46,730 nucleotides of DNA from an uncultured Candidatus Saccharibacteria bacterium. Lineage in GTDB: Bacteria > Patescibacteriota > Minisyncoccia > Phycocordibacterales > SBAW01. Within the stretch, counting starts at the first letter, position 1; every line of letters begins with the position of its first letter. Where the stretch lies: the NCBI GenBank assembly GCA_964424235.1, contig CAYRHY010000005.1, positions 1-46,730 on the forward strand, in the 5' to 3' direction. Under the pieces are notes generated by a model that saw nothing but the letters and a program-made list of their open reading frames with translations, had not been told where the DNA came from and searched no databases. Of the stretch, positions 43,146 to 46,730 are shown one piece after another. Position numbers and translations under genes: made by a program.

Positions 43146-43910
43146 TTATCCTACCTTTGGAAGCGTTACCGCCAAATGTTCGAGAATCATTTTGAGTGAT
43201 GGCGCTCGGTCGTTGAGGTATTGGCGCAGATGCGACAGGTCTTCGAGCGCTGCGCGCACCTTCTCCTCCTTCATGTGTGGATGCAGGGTTGCTTCAAGCT
43301 CAGTAAAAAAACTTCGTGTGCGCTCGCGCGCATCCTCCTCATCTTTAAGGAACGCGGCGACCCAGTCACTGCGCTTTTTGTAGGGTGACGCAAGAAATTG
43401 GCTTGCATCGTTTTCAACAGCCCCACCACCACCATGCGCACTTTGGGTAAGAAGAGTCCCTGAAGAAAATAGTCTTGCCCCGCCTGGCCAACGTGAAGAT
43501 AGTTGGCGTGCGGGGAGATCCGAGGACTTTTTCGGAAGGAACTCTTCTTGCCCCCTTTCCACCTCAAGTGGTAACATCCTCGAGCGCAACGTAGGCAGTA
43601 ATGTGCCGTGCGGTAACAGTAAGACAAATTGTGTCCCTTGCTGCGGCTCTTCAAAAAGTTTGAGCAGTGCTTGCTGCGCCTCGCTGGTCATCGAACCCAC
43701 GCCAAGCACGAAGAGTGTGCGGCCACCGGTATTTTTGAGCGATGCGGTCCCTATGAGATCGCGCGCCTCATCGATACCAAATTTTTCATACTGTCGCGCA
43801 ATAAAACCCGGATCATGTGGTAAAAAATTTTCGCTCTCGCGCAGCACATGCGCGAGTTCCTCAAACTCACCCAGTGGTCCTTCTAAAAAATACGCATGAT
43901 GCGTAAGCAT
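43146..43910 (-). CDS. holB: DNA polymerase III delta-prime-like clamp-loader subunit
   Basis: HAYFLEGP N-terminus; ALLKLFEEPQQGTQFVLL...LLPTLRSRM (sensor region); no Walker A lysine. Confidence 0.65.
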   Translation of the reverse strand: MLTHHAYFLEGPLGEFEELAHVLRESENFLPHDPGFIARQYEKFGIDEARDLIGTASLKNTGGRTLFVLGVGSMTSEAQQALLKLFEEPQQGTQFVLLLPHGTLLPTLRSRMLPLEVERGQEEFLPKKSSDLPARQLSSRWPGGARLFSSGTLLTQSAHGGGGAVENDASQFLASPYKKRSDWVAAFLKDEEDARERTRSFFTELEATLHPHMKEEKVRAALEDLSHLRQYLNDRAPSLKMILEHLAVTLPKVG

Positions 43911-43912
43911 AA

Positions 43913-44926
43913 TTAGCGTTTAGCGATAACTGCCTTTTTGTAGGTGTCGAGGTGCTCAAGCGCGATGCCAGTGCCGCGCGCGACGCAAAAGAGCGAGTTT
44001 TCGGCGACGACCGCCTTTACCCCCGTGCGGCGCAAGACGAGCTCAGGAAAATTGCGCAGCTGGGAGGTGCCCCCGGTCATGATGATCCCTTGGTCGATAA
44101 TGTCGGCTGCAAGTTCAGGTGGTGTCTCTTGGAGCACATCCCGAATCGCCTTCACTATTTCGCGCAGGTCTTTACCGATCGCTTTGACCACATCGTTCGT
44201 TTTCATTTCAAATGAGCGTGGTAGGCCGGAGATAAAGTCGCGGCCGCGCACCTGCATAGAAAGTTCCTCTTCAACCGGCACTGCTGAACCAATTTGGATT
44301 TTGATATCCTCGGCGGTCTTGTCGCCAATACCGAGGTTGTATGTCTTCTTTATATAGTCAGCGATGGTGTGATCGAGCCTGTCGCCCGCGCACTTCACCG
44401 AGGTAGAGGCGACGATACCCCCAAGCGAGATCACCGCGACGTCTGATGTGCCGCCACCAATATCAATCACCATATGCCCGCGCGCCTCTTGAATGGGGAT
44501 GCCCGCGCCAATCGCTGCCAAGACAGACTCCTTCACCACATACGCGCTCTTGGCGCCTGCGCGGATAGCGGCTTCGACCACAGCGCGCCGCTCGGTCGAG
44601 GTAACACCGGTGGGGACCGAGACCATCACCTCAGGCTTAAACAGTTGAAAGCGGCCCATCGCCTTGTTTATAAAATAGCGCAGCATCGCTTGGGTCACGC
44701 GGTAGTCGGCAATGACGCCGTCTTTCATCGGGCGGTAGGCAATAATTTCGCCCGGCGTGCGGCCGATCATCTCTTTAGCTTCAGCACCCACCGCCAAAAT
44801 ACGCTTATCAATTTCAGAAATAGCAACGACCGATGGCTCGTTGAGCACCACACCGCGCCCTGGGATAAACACGAGCGTGTTGGCGGTACCGAGATCGATC
44901 CCAAGGCGTGGAGTAATGAATGACAT
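43913..44926 (-). CDS. mreB: MreB/Mbl paralog
   Basis: LGIDLGTANTLVFIPGRGVVLNEPSVVAI ... DIGGGTSDVAVISLGG. Confidence 0.9.
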   Translation of the reverse strand: MSFITPRLGIDLGTANTLVFIPGRGVVLNEPSVVAISEIDKRILAVGAEAKEMIGRTPGEIIAYRPMKDGVIADYRVTQAMLRYFINKAMGRFQLFKPEVMVSVPTGVTSTERRAVVEAAIRAGAKSAYVVKESVLAAIGAGIPIQEARGHMVIDIGGGTSDVAVISLGGIVASTSVKCAGDRLDHTIADYIKKTYNLGIGDKTAEDIKIQIGSAVPVEEELSMQVRGRDFISGLPRSFEMKTNDVVKAIGKDLREIVKAIRDVLQETPPELAADIIDQGIIMTGGTSQLRNFPELVLRRTGVKAVVAENSLFCVARGTGIALEHLDTYKKAVIAKR

Positions 44927-45089
44927 GCAAAGGAATAATACCGGAGTATGGCCGACTAAACAAACTTGAGCGTGTCTATGCTGAGTTATTCACACAGCGG
45001 CGTTTCTATGGTACAAACTATTTGGACGTTCTTGTGCAATAGTACTTGTGCGCTCCAGTTGCAACTGAAACTATCAGAAGGACTACCAG

Positions 45090-45896
45090 ATGCGTAAGAG
45101 TGTGTTTGGCGCCATTGCGGCGCTTTCTTTGTTGTCTTTCGTCTCGGCCCCCGCCTCGGCGGTCGTCACGTACAATGCTTCACTGGCTTCACCCGGCGTG
45201 TACTATGGCACCGGAAACGGTGGGACCAACTCGGGCTGGACGGTCGACACCACCAGCATCATCGAACTCGGCGTTGGCGTTATCGAACGCTACATGGGCG
45301 CCGTGGCTCCGACGGCGACCAACGTCTACAATGTTCCGTTGGGCAATACGTCGCTACCACATCAGGGCGCATGGTGGGGCTTCCGCTTCTCGGCTGAGAC
45401 GTTCTCCGGCCCGCTTTCGGACTACACGTTCTCCATGAGCATCGCGGACGTGAAGTACGGCAACACCGTAGTTTTCGACCCGACGGCGATCCCTGACAAC
45501 GCCGGAACCGACGGCCTCAACGTTGCTGGTGGTTCCAACGGCTGTTTCGGCAACGTAACGTCAGCGTGTCTTGCGGCAAGCCGCACCGGCATGCAAAACG
45601 CCGAGGCTCTCTCGTTCGTCAACGGCGTCGCGAGCGCCTTCGATCCGATGTACAACTCGGGCGAAGACAACACCTGGCACATCACGTTGAGTGCCCTCAG
45701 GAACGGAACGCCCGTCTCCTCCGTCGGCGTTATCGTCAACGCGGGCGTCGGAGTCATGGAGCCTGCGTCCATCGTCGTGCTGCTCGTCGGCCTGATCGGC
45801 TTGGCCTGCGTCGCAAACACCCGGCGCCGCGGCGGCACGGGTAACGGTGGCGGTGGCGCAGCCAACGACAACGAAGCTCTGCCGGCCGCGGCCTGA
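45090..45896 (+). CDS. Secreted protein with a PEP-CTERM-type C-terminal sorting domain
   Basis: Signal peptide ...SAPASA. C-terminus is VMEPASIVVLLVGLIGLACVANTRRR plus a Gly-rich tail. GAAGGA SD. Confidence 0.7.
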   Translation: MRKSVFGAIAALSLLSFVSAPASAVVTYNASLASPGVYYGTGNGGTNSGWTVDTTSIIELGVGVIERYMGAVAPTATNVYNVPLGNTSLPHQGAWWGFRFSAETFSGPLSDYTFSMSIADVKYGNTVVFDPTAIPDNAGTDGLNVAGGSNGCFGNVTSACLAASRTGMQNAEALSFVNGVASAFDPMYNSGEDNTWHITLSALRNGTPVSSVGVIVNAGVGVMEPASIVVLLVGLIGLACVANTRRRGGTGNGGGGAANDNEALPAAA

Positions 45897-45950
45897 TCTC
45901 TCACCGGTCGTCCACTAAGGCGAACAAATAGTTCACAAAGGTGGACACCG

Positions 45951-45993
45951 ACCGCGTATTCTTCTCACAAGGAGGATACGCGGTTTTCTTTTT
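45951..45993 (+). terminator. Rho-independent terminator
   Basis: ACCGCGTAT ... ATACGCGGT stem followed by TTTTCTTTTT. Confidence 0.65.
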
Positions 45994-46101
45994 CCCCATT
46001 TTTCTATATACAAGACAAAACTCCAAACTTGTGTTATTTTCATTCTGGCTGTTCTGTCTTGGTTTGGCAGCCGTCCTTTGCAAAGGGAAAGGTAACCTCT
46101 C

Positions 46102-46730
46102 ATGATACGACGTTTATGGGCCAGCGGCTTGCTGCTGGCTGTGTTACTGTTGCCGCAGCTTGCGGCTTCAGCAGTGCCCATCCAACCATCGCCAACGGTA
46201 CTACTGGGCGACGGTTCCGTGGCGAGTAACTTCACCTGCGTCATCACCATGTCAGGTGGCGGCTTTGGTGGCCCAACCGACTGCGGGGCAATATCCGTCA
46301 CGGGCATACCTGGCTTGCTGACGTTCAACTCCGGCTTTGCTGCCGCGAACGGGTTTATCCAGGATGTGTTTCTGACCTATGAGATCACATCCCCCACCGC
46401 GATCACCGGCATCGACCTGAGCTTCAATGGCGCCTTCATGGGCCAGGCCATCAATAATGTCGTCGAACAGGTCTTCAACGCAGCGAACGCCTTGCTGGGT
46501 ACCCTGTCGGTCGGCTGCAATGGCGCGTGCGTCTATCAGGACCCACCGCTTGGTGCATTCCTGCCGCTCATCGGCGGTGGCGATACGCACCTGATCGTCC
46601 ACAAGGACATCCTTCTCGCTGCCGCACTTTCGAGCTTCTCGAGCATCAGCGACATCGGACAGTCGTTTCATCACGATGTCCCCGAACCTGCATCTATGAT
46701 GGTTCTGGGTGTTGGCTTCGCCGGTCTCGG
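46102..46730 (+). CDS. Secreted PEP-CTERM protein, 3' end off-window
   Basis: Translated by hand: MIRRLWASGLLLAVLLLPQLAASA... ending ...HHDVPEPASMMVLGVGFAGL at the window edge. Not in the ORF track because there is no stop. The antisense 140-aa ORF is rejected. Confidence 0.7.
   Translation, partial: MIRRLWASGLLLAVLLLPQLAASAVPIQPSPTVLLGDGSVASNFTCVITMSGGGFGGPTDCGAISVTGIPGLLTFNSGFAAANGFIQDVFLTYEITSPTAITGIDLSFNGAFMGQAINNVVEQVFNAANALLGTLSVGCNGACVYQDPPLGAFLPLIGGGDTHLIVHKDILLAAALSSFSSISDIGQSFHHDVPEPASMMVLGVGFAGL

Noticed and set aside
1-46730. A search for CRISPR arrays, rRNA, tmRNA, RNase P or SRP RNA signatures, IS elements and long tandem repeats.
   Set aside because: No periodic repeat-spacer pattern, conserved ncRNA core motif (for example GAGGAAAGTCC) or transposase-like ORF was recognised by eye. 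A covariance-model scan would be needed to exclude small ncRNAs.

Overview
This is a gene-dense 46.7 kb chromosomal segment, almost entirely housekeeping. By inference it comes from a small-genome Patescibacteria/CPR-like bacterium: class I LysRS, ProRS without the INS editing domain, many ATGA-type gene junctions, and many apparently leaderless genes.

Content:
- Five aminoacyl-tRNA synthetases: aspS (partial), gltX, cysS, lysK (class I), proS.
- A division/cell-wall (dcw) cluster split over both strands: scpAB-dac-mraY-ftsW-murG on the plus strand, mraZ-rsmH-ftsL-ftsI-murF on the minus strand.
- A proS-mreBCD-mrdA operon plus a second mreB paralog.
- Replication/repair genes: dnaB, recR, rmuC, holB, nth, a DEDD exonuclease.
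- Ribosomal proteins L27, L9 and L21, plus frr and greA.
- tRNA-Pro(GGG) and tRNA-Glu(CUC).
- No rRNA, CRISPR array, transposase or recognisable defence system was seen.

Things not explained by ordinary annotation:
1. A more GC-rich right-hand end (about 45.05 kb onward) encodes two signal-peptide proteins with PEP-CTERM sorting tails.
2. A self-contained cassette (25.4-26.4 kb) has a promoter, four Shine-Dalgarno (SD)-led small ORFs and a terminator; two ORFs are lipoproteins, one is secreted, and the codon usage is atypical.
3. A unit of promoter, roughly 135 nt structured RNA and terminator sits directly upstream of a secreted lysozyme-like gene. It is a candidate attenuator, riboswitch or sRNA.
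4. rseP is split by a frameshift.
5. TGnTATACT-type -10 boxes recur 6-10 nt upstream of start codons, suggesting leaderless mRNAs.
6. A 57-aa KGG stress-protein ORF is missing from the ORF track.
7. Several enzymes have unusual motif states: CorA with GMS, Nth without Fe-S cysteines, and ProRS with a Cys knuckle in place of INS.
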